DNA of 42,933 nucleotides from Chloroflexota bacterium (GTDB taxonomy: Bacteria > Chloroflexota > Anaerolineae > Anaerolineales > Villigracilaceae). Numbering within the stretch: the first letter of the stretch is position 1; each line of letters starts with the position of its first letter. This document shows, piece by piece, positions 24,042 to 33,408 of this stretch. A model generated the notes under the pieces. The model did no database searches, had not been told where the DNA came from, and was given only the letters and a program-made list of their open reading frames with translations. The stretch spans positions 1-42,933 of the forward strand of contig JBDRTP010000313.1 of NCBI GenBank assembly GCA_043823965.1, written 5' to 3'. A program made the position numbers and the translations under genes.

Positions 24042-24929
24042 CTACCATAACTGCCGCAATTTCATATTGATCTCGCGCCATTGGATCTTCGAGACGCCCA
24101 GTTTCTGGCGGATTTTCTCCGGCGCGACTGTGTTCAGGTAATCCAGCAGGGCGCTCGTCCAGCGGCACATGTCGAATGAAAGATGTTTGCTCAATCCGGC
24201 CTCATTGCCGATATCTTCCAGCAAATACTCCAGCCGCCGCGGCGACCAGGGGAAGAGTTGATCCACGGGGTTGTACTGGGAGAGATACTCCTCGTAAGCC
24301 GGGATCCAATCATCGGGCAGGCTGATCTTGCGTTCTTTATAGCGGTTGGCTGGACTGGCATAACGGATGAAGACGAGCGCGCCGCCGGTGGTCTGCGACA
24401 GGTCTATGTGATTCAGGTGGATGCCCAGACATTCAGATTTTTTGATTCCAGTGGCAAGCAACAGGGCTACTAGTGCGTATGGCCGGGCATCCGGCTTTGG
24501 CTTGCGGCGGTGACGGTCGGCGGCCAGCATCACCGCCTCGACTTCGGTCTCGGTCAGCACTATGGGCAGGGGGCTGATCACCGAGCGTTGGACGACCTTC
24601 TCAGCCGGGTCCACCAGGAGGGCGCCGCCCTTTTGCAGCCAGCGAAAGAAGGATTTTAGAGAGGTGATGCGCCGCGAGAGGGTCTTGGGACTGCAAGGTA
24701 CGCCGCGCTCCTTTTCCATCCAGGCCAGGAAGCTGTTCAAGTCATTGGTGGTGATTGCGCCCAGTGTCCGGTCGGGAGGTAGAAAATTCGTCAGTAAACG
24801 TACATCGGAAAGAAAGGCTTTGACAGTGTTGGGGGAACGTCCCTGGTCGTTCAGGTAGATCGTCCATGCGTTGATGGCCGGGATGAGGGTTGTCTGGGCG
24901 TTGATATGGGCGATGTCGGAGTCGGTCAT
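24042..24929 (-). CDS. Tyrosine-recombinase (XerC/D-like) homolog with a degenerate active site
   Basis: SAM-like N-domain (SPNTVKAFLSDVRLL, RRITSLKSFFRWL) and a C-domain alignable to XerD. Start at 24929, preceded by AAGGAGG. The catalytic positions read K (ATGIKKSE), K, D..R (FDMCRW), V (LGVS) and N in place of Tyr. Confidence 0.7.
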   Translation of the reverse strand: MTDSDIAHINAQTTLIPAINAWTIYLNDQGRSPNTVKAFLSDVRLLTNFLPPDRTLGAITTNDLNSFLAWMEKERGVPCSPKTLSRRITSLKSFFRWLQKGGALLVDPAEKVVQRSVISPLPIVLTETEVEAVMLAADRHRRKPKPDARPYALVALLLATGIKKSECLGIHLNHIDLSQTTGGALVFIRYASPANRYKERKISLPDDWIPAYEEYLSQYNPVDQLFPWSPRRLEYLLEDIGNEAGLSKHLSFDMCRWTSALLDYLNTVAPEKIRQKLGVSKIQWREINMKLRQLW

Positions 24930-25048
24930 GCGGACCTCCTTTTTGGAAGCGCCGTGTGATAAGTGTCGCATGTCATCTGGCGCGTTGCGTGTATCTTACT
25001 GCGTATAGTTTAGCGCAAAAGGAGGGGAATGTCAACTGAGGGGAAAGA

Positions 25049-26533
25049 TCAGGGCGCCATGTTGGCCGGATTGAAGCACGGCTGGTAATCGGCTGCGACG
25101 ATCAAAACATAGGATACATCGCTGCTGGCTGCTGGCGCGGAGACCAGGGCGGTTTGCGGCAAGCCGAGGATGGCCAGGAGCGAGGCGGCGCGGTTTGGGT
25201 CCTGGGTAGTCGTCAAGTCGTAGAGCAGGGAACCGGCGTAGTTCACGCGGTCGGCGGGGGTGGTGCGCGCCTGGTAACCGGCGTAATTTAGCCGTTGTGC
25301 GGCCAACATATCCCACCCGCCGTAGGGTGTGCCGTTGCGCACCTCGATGAGGATGGTTTCCATCTCAGGCGGGCGTCTGGATGGCGAGAGCGCTTCCTGC
25401 AACATGGCCTGGATGGCCGGGCCGTTCGGTAACAGGACGCTGGCGCCGCCCGGCGTCATCCAGCCGGTAACCAGGCTCTTGCCAATGTAGTAGCTGCGAA
25501 TGTCTGCATTGGTGAGATGGAAAGCCAGCGGCGAGAGTTGGAGCAGGTCGGTCAAACCCAGGTCGGTGATCACGGCGGAATTCAGGTTGTTGTAGAGTTG
25601 GGGCAGTTTGGCGATGGAGTTTGTCTGCAGGGCGCGGGTGTAGATGGCGCGCAACACTTCCTGCTGGCGGCGGCCGCGGTCGAAATCGCTGGATTTCTGG
25701 CGTGAACGAGCGTACCAGAGGGACAAATCCCCATCCATGTGCACCACGCCCGGACCGACAGTATACAGCGACCAATTATTTTCATTATAGGGATTGTATG
25801 TTGGGTCAATCAGGTGCCAGTCGGTGTAGGCGCAGGCAACCGGCACGTCAATCCCGCCCAAGGTGTCCACGATCTGGCGGAAACCGTCGAAGTCCACCAT
25901 GGCGATGTGATCAATGCGGATCCCCAAGTTATAGAGGATGGTATCCTTAAGCAATCCCGGTCCGCCGCCCGGATAGGCGTATATTTCGCCATACTGGTAG
26001 GCAGTATTGACGCGCTCCATTCCACGCGTAGGAACATATACCCACAGGTCGCGCGGAATGGAGATCAGCGTCACCTGGCCGGACTTGGGCCTGAACGCGG
26101 CGACGACGATTGTATCCGTGCGGAAAGATCGTCCGCCGCGCGTGTCCGAGCCGAGCAGGGCAAAAGTGACCGTCTCATCATCGGTCAGGATGGGGAAGGC
26201 GGGAGGGGCGTAATTGGGGGCGTTGATGACGGGTGGAGACCAGTTGCCCGGCAGGAGCGCGGCAGGGTCTGGCGTAGGCGAGATGACTACCGGCGAGGGT
26301 GTGTCGGCCGGAGTGGTGACCTGCTCGGAGGGGGTGGGCGGAATGGACGTGGGAGTAGAGGTTTCCGTATCGAGCAGAGGTTGGAAGGGCGTCGGTGTGG
26401 GGGTGGCATCCGGAGGGACTGTCACCATCACGGGCGCGGTGGGGGTGGCCGCGGGCGTCTGCACCTGGGGCGGGAAGGCCTCACATGCGGTCAGCAGGAT
26501 CAGGAAGAGCGTAAGTGTCAAACGGGAGCGCAT
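25049..26533 (-). CDS. LCP (LytR-CpsA-Psr) family protein, paralog 1
   Basis: Signal/lipobox MRSRLTLTLFLILLTAC, a Pro/Thr linker, the LCP core FALLGSDTRGG...DTIVVAAF...ISIPRDLWV, and a LytR_C-like tail. Start at 26533; the longer track ORF overlaps paralog 2. Confidence 0.85.
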   Translation of the reverse strand: MRSRLTLTLFLILLTACEAFPPQVQTPAATPTAPVMVTVPPDATPTPTPFQPLLDTETSTPTSIPPTPSEQVTTPADTPSPVVISPTPDPAALLPGNWSPPVINAPNYAPPAFPILTDDETVTFALLGSDTRGGRSFRTDTIVVAAFRPKSGQVTLISIPRDLWVYVPTRGMERVNTAYQYGEIYAYPGGGPGLLKDTILYNLGIRIDHIAMVDFDGFRQIVDTLGGIDVPVACAYTDWHLIDPTYNPYNENNWSLYTVGPGVVHMDGDLSLWYARSRQKSSDFDRGRRQQEVLRAIYTRALQTNSIAKLPQLYNNLNSAVITDLGLTDLLQLSPLAFHLTNADIRSYYIGKSLVTGWMTPGGASVLLPNGPAIQAMLQEALSPSRRPPEMETILIEVRNGTPYGGWDMLAAQRLNYAGYQARTTPADRVNYAGSLLYDLTTTQDPNRAASLLAILGLPQTALVSAPAASSDVSYVLIVAADYQPCFNPANMAP

Positions 26534-26634
26534 GGTCGGTGAGCGCGACGAATCGCCCTGTCTCTGGAAGACCAGAATCAGGGTTCGGTCATGGTAACCT
26601 TCATCCCCGGCCTCTTTCCCAAAAGGAGAGGGAA

Positions 26635-27999
26635 TTATGGCGCCATGTTGTCCGGGTTGAAGTACGGCTGGTAGTCCGCGCCGACTATGAGAACGTAGGA
26701 TACCTCGCTTTGCATCGGTGCAGAGACCAGGGCGGATGGCGGCAGGCCGAGGATGGCCAGGAGCGAGGCGGCGCGGTTTGGGTCCTGGGTCGTCGTCAGG
26801 TCGTAGAGCAGGGAACTGGCGTAGTCCGTCCGGTCGACGAGAGCGGTGCGGGCTTCGTAGCCGGCATAGTTCAAGCGTTGAACAGCCAGCGTATCCCATC
26901 CACTGTTGGGTGTACCGTTGCGCACCTCGATGAGGATGTTTGCCATCTCAGGTGGGCGACTGGAGGGAGAGAGGGCTTCTTGCAACATAGCCTGGATGGC
27001 CGGGCCGTTTGGCAACAAAACGCTGGCGCCGCCCGGCGTCATCCAGTCGGTCACCAGGCTTTTGCCAATGTAGTAACTGCGAATGTCGGCATTGGTGAGA
27101 TGGAAAGCCAGCGGTGCGAGTTGGAGCAAGTCGGTCAGGCCCAGGTCGGTGGTCACGGCGGCGTTCAGGTCATTGTAGAGTTGGGGTATTTTCGCGATGG
27201 CGTCAACCTGTAAGGCGCGGGTGTAAATGGCGCGCAATACTTCTTGCTGACGGCGGCCGCGGTCGAAATCGCTGGAATTCTTGCGTGCACGCGCATACCA
27301 GAGGGATAAATCCCCATCCATGTGCACCACGCCCGGGCCGACGGTGTACAGCGACATATTCCCGTTATAGGGGGCGGAATGCCAGTCGGTGTAGGCGGCG
27401 GCAATCGGCACGTCAATCCCGCCCAGGGTATCCACGATCTGGCGGAAGCCGTCGAAGTTCACAATGGCAATGTGGTCAATGCGGATGCCCAGGTTGTATA
27501 GGAGGGTATCCTTGAACAGAACCGATCCGCCGCCCGGATAGGCGTATATTTCGCCATACTGGTAGGCAGTATTGACGCGCTCCATTCCACGCGTAGGAAT
27601 ATATACCCACAGGTCGCGCGGGATGGAGATCAGCGTCACCTGGCCGGACTTGGGCCTGAGCGCGGCGATGACGATTGTATCCGTGCGGAAAGATTGTCCG
27701 CCGCGTGTGTCTGAGCCAAGCAGGGCGAAGGTAACTGTCTCGTTGTCGGTCAGGATAGGGAAGGGAGGTGGGGCGTAATCAGGTGCGGCGACTTGGTCGG
27801 AGGTTCGGAGGGACGTTGGGGTAGAGGCTTCTGTATCGAGTAAAGGTTGGAAGGGCGTCGGTGTGGGGGTGGCATCCGGAGGGACTGTCACCAGGATGAG
27901 CGCGGTGGGAGTGCCCGCTGGAGTCTGTACTTGGGCCGGGAACGCCTCACACGCGGTCAGCAGGATCAGGAAAAGCGTAAGTGTCAAACGGCGGCGCAT
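26635..27999 (-). CDS. LCP (LytR-CpsA-Psr) family protein, paralog 2
   Basis: Same architecture as paralog 1 with a shorter linker. Start at 27999 (MRRRLTLTLFLILLTAC). Confidence 0.85.
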   Translation of the reverse strand: MRRRLTLTLFLILLTACEAFPAQVQTPAGTPTALILVTVPPDATPTPTPFQPLLDTEASTPTSLRTSDQVAAPDYAPPPFPILTDNETVTFALLGSDTRGGQSFRTDTIVIAALRPKSGQVTLISIPRDLWVYIPTRGMERVNTAYQYGEIYAYPGGGSVLFKDTLLYNLGIRIDHIAIVNFDGFRQIVDTLGGIDVPIAAAYTDWHSAPYNGNMSLYTVGPGVVHMDGDLSLWYARARKNSSDFDRGRRQQEVLRAIYTRALQVDAIAKIPQLYNDLNAAVTTDLGLTDLLQLAPLAFHLTNADIRSYYIGKSLVTDWMTPGGASVLLPNGPAIQAMLQEALSPSSRPPEMANILIEVRNGTPNSGWDTLAVQRLNYAGYEARTALVDRTDYASSLLYDLTTTQDPNRAASLLAILGLPPSALVSAPMQSEVSYVLIVGADYQPYFNPDNMAP

Positions 28000-28043
28000 G
28001 GTTGGTGAGCGTGACGAATCGCCCTGGCTCTGGAAGACCAGGA

Positions 28044-28796
28044 TCAAGGTGAGGGTGTAGTCGGCGCAGGCGTGTGTGTGGATGTCTCTGTGGGAGTCGC
28101 CGTGGGTGTGGGGGTGTCAGATGCCGTAGCGGTGGCAGAAGGGGTCACCGGGGTTTGGGTCGGCGTGACGGTCGAAGTCGAGGTGGGCGTTGGCGAGGGC
28201 GTGCGCGTCGGCTTGGGCGGCACGTAGATCTGGCGACCGGTGTAGAGGCTGGTCGAGCCGCCCATGCAGTTCGCCCGTTGTAGTTGCTGGACCGTGACCT
28301 GATAGTATTGTGCCAGGCTGTAGAGCGTATCGCCTTTCAAGATTGTGTAACGGATCCAACCACTCGGCGGGCCACAAGGAATGAGCGTGCGAGTAGGCAC
28401 AGGCGGCACGTAGAGGTATGCTCCCGGTAACAGGCTGGTGGTCACCAGGCAGTTTGCGCGGATAAGCTCCTCGGCCGAGACGCGATAGCGGCTTGCCAGA
28501 CCTCCCAGTGTATCGCCGGGTTGTACCAGATAGGCTTGCCACCTCGCCGGCGGCGGGCAGTTCGTCGGTGGAGGCGGCGGGGTGAGGGTCGCGGTAGGCG
28601 GGACGGGGGTCGAGGTAGTCCCGGCCTGTGGCGTGAAGGGCGGAATGGTTGGGGAGGGGGGTGACAACGAATGGGTGGTCGGGAGAGAGGCAACCATGTC
28701 CCCTTCGGCCAGGGATAACGAGAGGCCTCCTAGAATGATTCCACTGGAAACCAGGGCGATCAGAAGTCCCCACAGGATCTGCCGTGCGATCCGCAT
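28044..28796 (-). CDS. LysM-domain protein with an N-terminal TM anchor and Pro/Thr-rich linkers
   Basis: Two LysM motifs (YLVQPGDTLGGLASRY...LIRANCL and YTILKGDTLYSLAQYY...LQRANCM) and a PT-rich tail. Confidence 0.85.
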   Translation of the reverse strand: MRIARQILWGLLIALVSSGIILGGLSLSLAEGDMVASLPTTHSLSPPSPTIPPFTPQAGTTSTPVPPTATLTPPPPPTNCPPPARWQAYLVQPGDTLGGLASRYRVSAEELIRANCLVTTSLLPGAYLYVPPVPTRTLIPCGPPSGWIRYTILKGDTLYSLAQYYQVTVQQLQRANCMGGSTSLYTGRQIYVPPKPTRTPSPTPTSTSTVTPTQTPVTPSATATASDTPTPTATPTETSTHTPAPTTPSP

Positions 28797-28797
28797 C

Positions 28798-31137
28798 TCA
28801 TTTCTCCTTGGATGCGGAGACCGGGCGCATGACCGGCAATAAGACGCTAAAGGTCGAGCCAGCGCCCAGCGTAGTTTCCACCCACAGGCGTCCGTTTTGC
28901 GCTGCGACCAGCGATTTGCAAATTGACAGCCCGACGCCGGTATCGCCCAGCCCCTGGATAAGGACGCTATCCGCCCGGTAACGGCGCTGGAAGACCTGCG
29001 GAATGTCCTTGGCGGGAATGCCGCCGCCCGTATCGGTGACCTGGATAAGCAGGTAATCTTGCCCTTCTTCTGTGAGCAATTGGACGCGCAGGGTGACTAT
29101 TCCCTCGATCAGGCTGGCCGCGCTGGCGTTCTGGAGCAGATGGATCAGGATCTGCTGGAGCGCTTCGTGGTCGGTCTGGATTTGGTGAGACGTTTCAGGC
29201 ACATCCAGTCGCAGGGTGATGTTCTTTTCCCGGATCTGGCTGCTCGTGTAAGACATGGCGTTATCCACGATCAGGTTGAGATCAATCACCTCGGGCTTGA
29301 TCTCGAGGCGGGCGATCTCCAGTGTGGTGATCTGGATCAGGTCGTCTAACAATCCGCCCAGGCGCTGGGAGGCAGTTTTGATGCGTTCAAGGAATTTACG
29401 CTGCATGTTACCCAGGATGCCGACTGACTCACCCAATAAGAGGTCGGTATAGCCGATGATGGAGGACATTGGCTGGCGAAATTCCTGGGAGATGGAAGCG
29501 AGCACTTGCACCTGCTCGTTCATGTCTGGCGATTTGGAGTGACTCTCAAGTTCTTGGACGCGAATGCTGGCAGCCGCCAGGCTATTTTGCAACCGTGCGA
29601 CCTCCTCGAGTGTCAGACGAAGTTCATGCTCCAGTTGCCTGGTCTGATCAGGAAACCCCTTCGACCCGGCGGACTTACGGAGCTGTTCGATCTCGGCCTG
29701 CAGTTGGGCGATTATTCCCTGAGATTCTTCTTGAGCGGCCAACAAGGCAGCCAGGTTTTCGACCTGTAACTGGTCTTGGGCCTCTTGATATTGGGCTTTC
29801 TCGACATGCACCAGTAGCTCTTCGTATTTCTTCCTGGCTTCTGCCGCCTCTTCCTGCGCGGCCTGGATCGTTTGCTGGATTTTATCGTATTCGTGATCCA
29901 TGGTTGACATTCGCTTGCTGCGTTCGATAATTGGAGTAAAAGAGGTCGAGACGTTGAAGAGGAAGGTTTGATCTTCTGCGTTCCACTGGCGATTTGAGTA
30001 GGGTGAGAGCAGCAAGATCGCGCCGATTGGCTTACGATTAGAAGAGAGGATGGGCGCGCTCATCAGGTGTCCGGGGTTGCTCAAGCCGAGCATCTGCCCC
30101 AGGATTTTTATATCTGGAGAGGTGCTGCTGGCCGGCAAGCGCAAGGGACGGCCGCGCTGTATGGCGCTGGCTAACTGCGGCACAGCCTCTTTATGGATGG
30201 TGGTTCCACCCAAGTTCTCTTCGCGGATCAAGTCGAAGCCGTGGGTTATTGACATGCTCTTGTCATCCGCCAATGCGATCAGAAAGCACAGGTCAGCCAG
30301 CATGGCCTGGGCGATGCTGCGTGTAATCGCGTGGCCAAGATGGTTTGGATTCACTTCCGTGGCCAGTTTTAACAGGGCTTGGAAAGTTTTGGGATCAATA
30401 CTGTAACGACGCTGTTCTGGCGCCCTCTGGTCGGTCTTGGCAATCGTTGGCCGGGCGGCAGGCAGGGAGAAGCGCTGCGGCAGGGTCAGCAGGATGGGGT
30501 ACATGGCAAGCTGCGCCAGGCGGACAAGACCCGGGAAGTTGCCTTCGGGCTGCGGAGAGAAGAGCTGAATCAGGTGGCCCAGGAAGGCCAGTCCGAGCAT
30601 GGCCAGTCCATTGGCCCATCCGTTTGGCTGGCGGGCAAACGTTACGGCTGCGCCGAGGAGGATGACGCCTAAAGCGAAAATTTGCCAGATGACTTCCAGG
30701 CTTGTTTGGTTGAAAGTAGCCGTTTTGCCGGTTTGAATCCAGGAGACGAATGTCAGCCCCAATAAAGCCACGGCGAGCAAATTAAGCAAGAGGGTGGCGG
30801 CATCCGCCATACGCAGCGGCTCCGGAAAAGTCCACAGCCAGGCGATCCAGATCAGACTGAGCAGCGTGATGGCCCGGTCGAGGGGTGGCAGCACTATCTG
30901 CGATTCGAAAATTCCCTGCCAGACCAGTCCACTGATAATGAAAAGAATCAGTTGCAGCGCCAACAGCACGCTCAGACCAAGGATCATCCGCCGCGCTTGC
31001 GGGAATTCATTTGAATGCCAGTGGTGGATCGCCCCTTGCAGAGCACCGGCAATGGAAAACGCCAGGACGAGGTGATAGATCAGATTCCCCGGTGGCGTGG
31101 TCAGCAGCGTGAAGATTTGTCCAAAGAACTGGCTCAT
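28798..31137 (-). CDS. Membrane-bound histidine-kinase-like protein (multi-TM, GAF-like, coiled coil, DHp, HATPase_c) with Gln at the phospho-acceptor position
   Basis: Start at 31137 (MSQFFGQIF). The H-box reads SISQEFRQPMSSIIGY, with the CAG codon at 29485-29487. The N box LLQNASAAS, G1 DTGGGIP and G2 GLGDTGVGLS are intact. Confidence 0.8.
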   Translation of the reverse strand: MSQFFGQIFTLLTTPPGNLIYHLVLAFSIAGALQGAIHHWHSNEFPQARRMILGLSVLLALQLILFIISGLVWQGIFESQIVLPPLDRAITLLSLIWIAWLWTFPEPLRMADAATLLLNLLAVALLGLTFVSWIQTGKTATFNQTSLEVIWQIFALGVILLGAAVTFARQPNGWANGLAMLGLAFLGHLIQLFSPQPEGNFPGLVRLAQLAMYPILLTLPQRFSLPAARPTIAKTDQRAPEQRRYSIDPKTFQALLKLATEVNPNHLGHAITRSIAQAMLADLCFLIALADDKSMSITHGFDLIREENLGGTTIHKEAVPQLASAIQRGRPLRLPASSTSPDIKILGQMLGLSNPGHLMSAPILSSNRKPIGAILLLSPYSNRQWNAEDQTFLFNVSTSFTPIIERSKRMSTMDHEYDKIQQTIQAAQEEAAEARKKYEELLVHVEKAQYQEAQDQLQVENLAALLAAQEESQGIIAQLQAEIEQLRKSAGSKGFPDQTRQLEHELRLTLEEVARLQNSLAAASIRVQELESHSKSPDMNEQVQVLASISQEFRQPMSSIIGYTDLLLGESVGILGNMQRKFLERIKTASQRLGGLLDDLIQITTLEIARLEIKPEVIDLNLIVDNAMSYTSSQIREKNITLRLDVPETSHQIQTDHEALQQILIHLLQNASAASLIEGIVTLRVQLLTEEGQDYLLIQVTDTGGGIPAKDIPQVFQRRYRADSVLIQGLGDTGVGLSICKSLVAAQNGRLWVETTLGAGSTFSVLLPVMRPVSASKEK

Positions 31138-31209
31138 ATTTTGTCCCCTGCGATTATAGCACGACACAAACAACCGGACAACCGATTCCAGCAGGGATAT
31201 AATTGTACT

Positions 31210-32631
31210 ATGGAAAGGCGTGTTTCTCTTGGCCGCGTCCTTGTCAATATCCTGATCCTGCTTGGCCTGCTGTTTCTGGTGGCGCTGCCGCCCGTCCTTA
31301 CCGGCTGGGGAAATCTGCGTCAGGGAGAGCAGGCTATGGCCGATGGTCGTTTCTCGGAGGCGGCTGCCAGTTACAGTCTGGCGGCGCGCCGGTTGCCATG
31401 CCGGCCTGCTCTGTGGGAAATGGCCGGTCAGGCCGCCCTGGCGGCTGGCGATGCGCAGGCTGCAATTTCCCTCTTTATGCAGGCTGAGAATAAAAAGGCT
31501 CTTTCGGCGCAGGGCTGGCTTGCCTTGGGGGATGCGTACCAGCAAAGTGGGGATCGTGCTTCTGCGCTTTCTACCTGGCAGAGTGGAATTGCGCAGCACG
31601 GCCCTTCGGCTGCGCTTTATGCTCGTCTGGCTCAGGCGCAGCGCGTCCAGGGTGACTACCTGGCCGCAATCGAAGCCTGGCGTTCGCGGCTGGCTTTGGA
31701 TGCGGGGGATGCGGACGCGCATTATCATCTCGGATTGTTGCTGACCGCTACCCGGCCGGAAATGGCACTGCCAGATTTGATGCTGGCGGCGCGTCTGGAC
31801 CCGCGGCTGGATGCGCCTGTCCAAAGCCTGCGTGCCAGCCTGAACGCGGCCCTCTTGGTGGACGACCGTCCCTACCAACTCGTCATGGCCGGGCGCGCTC
31901 TGGCTACCCTTGGGGATTGGGATTTGGCCGCTGAGGCTTTTCGGCGCGCTGTTGTCGCCCGCGGCGACTACGCCGACGCCTGGGCCTGGCTCGGGGAAGC
32001 TCACCAACACCTGGGTGGGGATGGCTTATCTGATTTGGAGAAAGCGCTGCTTTTGAATCCAGATTCAGCCATGGTCAATGCCCTGTATGGTCTGTACTGG
32101 GGACGCCAGGGAAAACCGGAACGGGCGCTGGCATTATTCCGCCGGGCAATCAGCCTGGAGCCGGAGAACGCTGCCTGGCAGGCGGCTGCGGGGAGCGCCG
32201 CCGAGGCATCCGGCGACCTGGTCGCGGCGCTGGCATACTACAAGCAGGCGGTTGCCCTCGACCCGCAGGGAGTTGCCAACTGGCGCGCGCTGGCCGCCTT
32301 TTGCGCCCGTTACCAGGTCGAAGTGACCGAGAGCGGCCTGCCAGCCGCTTATCGTCTGCTTGAATTAGCGCCCGCTGACTGGCAATCGCAGGATGTTATG
32401 GGGCAGATCATGCAGGCGATTGGAGTCCCATCGAGCGCGGAAAAATATTACCTGCATGCGCTGGAATTGTCTCCCGGACAGGCCGCCCCGCATTTCCACT
32501 TGGGGATGTTGTACCTGCAAATGGGCAAGGCTCAGCCGGCTTATGACCACCTCGTCAAGGCGCATAAACTTGACCCGCAGGGTGACTATGGCTGGCAGGC
32601 GGGACGATTGCTGGAACGCTATTTCCCTTGA
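31210..32631 (+). CDS. TPR-repeat protein with an N-terminal TM anchor
   Basis: Start at 31210 (MERRVSLGRVLVNILILLGLL). It carries many TPR-like A/L/Y-rich 34-residue repeats. The track start at 31015 overlaps the divergent kinase gene. Confidence 0.8.
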   Translation: MERRVSLGRVLVNILILLGLLFLVALPPVLTGWGNLRQGEQAMADGRFSEAAASYSLAARRLPCRPALWEMAGQAALAAGDAQAAISLFMQAENKKALSAQGWLALGDAYQQSGDRASALSTWQSGIAQHGPSAALYARLAQAQRVQGDYLAAIEAWRSRLALDAGDADAHYHLGLLLTATRPEMALPDLMLAARLDPRLDAPVQSLRASLNAALLVDDRPYQLVMAGRALATLGDWDLAAEAFRRAVVARGDYADAWAWLGEAHQHLGGDGLSDLEKALLLNPDSAMVNALYGLYWGRQGKPERALALFRRAISLEPENAAWQAAAGSAAEASGDLVAALAYYKQAVALDPQGVANWRALAAFCARYQVEVTESGLPAAYRLLELAPADWQSQDVMGQIMQAIGVPSSAEKYYLHALELSPGQAAPHFHLGMLYLQMGKAQPAYDHLVKAHKLDPQGDYGWQAGRLLERYFP

Positions 32632-32748
32632 TCTTTTTCAAGTTGACTTTGTTCATCCAGCAGTTGTACTGCTGGATGAGCTGTATGCGGCAGTATAACT
32701 GCCGCCGAAACCCTGAATTTTTCCTTTTCAAGCGACTCTCTGATAGAA

Positions 32749-33408
32749 TTGATGCACTCCATGAAACGACTCAGCTGGCTTTTTCCACTGCTCCTGGTTG
32801 TACTGGCGGCTTCTGCCTGCCAGTCCTACCGTATTGCGGACTGGCTGACCCAATCCGGGGAGGCGCTGTTTAAAGATGATTTTTCCGACCCGGGGAGCGG
32901 GTGGGCGCGGGCAGTTAGTCCCAGCGGCGCGATGGATTACTTCGGCGGGGGATTCCGCATCTGGGTGAACACGGAAAATTACGATTTCTGGTCCACGCCC
33001 GGCCTGGCTTTCGGCGACGTGCGCATCGAAACGGACGTGTACACGATCGGCGGCCCGCTCGAGAATCGCCTTGGTCTGCTCTGCCGCTACCGGGGCGCAG
33101 GCGACTATTATTTCTTCGTCATCAGCAGCGATGGCTATTATGGCATTGGCAAGATGAGCGGCGGCGTGCGCTCGCTGCTTGGGCAAGCCATGATGGCTTA
33201 TACCCCGGCCATCGCACAAGGCCTCGCCGCCAACCATTTGCGCGCCGATTGCGTCGGCGATACGCTGACGCTGTATGTCAACGGCCAGCCGGTCGGCATG
33301 GCGCAGGATGCCGATTTTAGCGATGGCGATGTCGGTCTGCTGGCCGGGACTTTTGGCCAACCCGGCACAGACGCGGTGTTTGATAATTTTGTAGTCATCA
33401 AACCGTGA
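32749..33408 (+). CDS. Putative lipoprotein with a ConA/LamG-like jelly-roll domain
   Basis: Lipobox LAASAC. The body (FKDDFSD..SGW, YYFFVISSDGYYGIGK, LTLYVNGQPV, FDNFVV) resembles DUF1080/LamG-type domains. Confidence 0.55.
   Translation: MMHSMKRLSWLFPLLLVVLAASACQSYRIADWLTQSGEALFKDDFSDPGSGWARAVSPSGAMDYFGGGFRIWVNTENYDFWSTPGLAFGDVRIETDVYTIGGPLENRLGLLCRYRGAGDYYFFVISSDGYYGIGKMSGGVRSLLGQAMMAYTPAIAQGLAANHLRADCVGDTLTLYVNGQPVGMAQDADFSDGDVGLLAGTFGQPGTDAVFDNFVVIKP

Noticed and set aside
26534-26899. Upstream extension of LCP paralog 1 (616-aa track ORF)
   Set aside because: It overlaps the 3' end of paralog 2 in another frame. The true start at 26533 gives the same MR.RLTLTLFLILLTAC signal peptide as paralog 2.
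25365-27515. Plus- and minus-strand ORFs overlapping the LCP genes (for example 25739..26542, 26515..27213, 27114..27515)
   Set aside because: These are Arg/Gly/Pro-rich antisense or off-frame products typical of high-GC coding DNA, and they recur in mirror form in both paralogs.
31015-31209. Upstream extension of the TPR ORF
   Set aside because: It overlaps the 5' end of the kinase gene on the other strand. The Met at 31210 is followed directly by a TM anchor.
31138-32010. N-terminal 291 aa of the 1070-aa minus-strand ORF (28798..32010)
   Set aside because: The extension is Arg/Gln/Pro-rich and low in complexity, and it runs antisense through the TPR gene. The kinase body begins convincingly at the Met at 31137.
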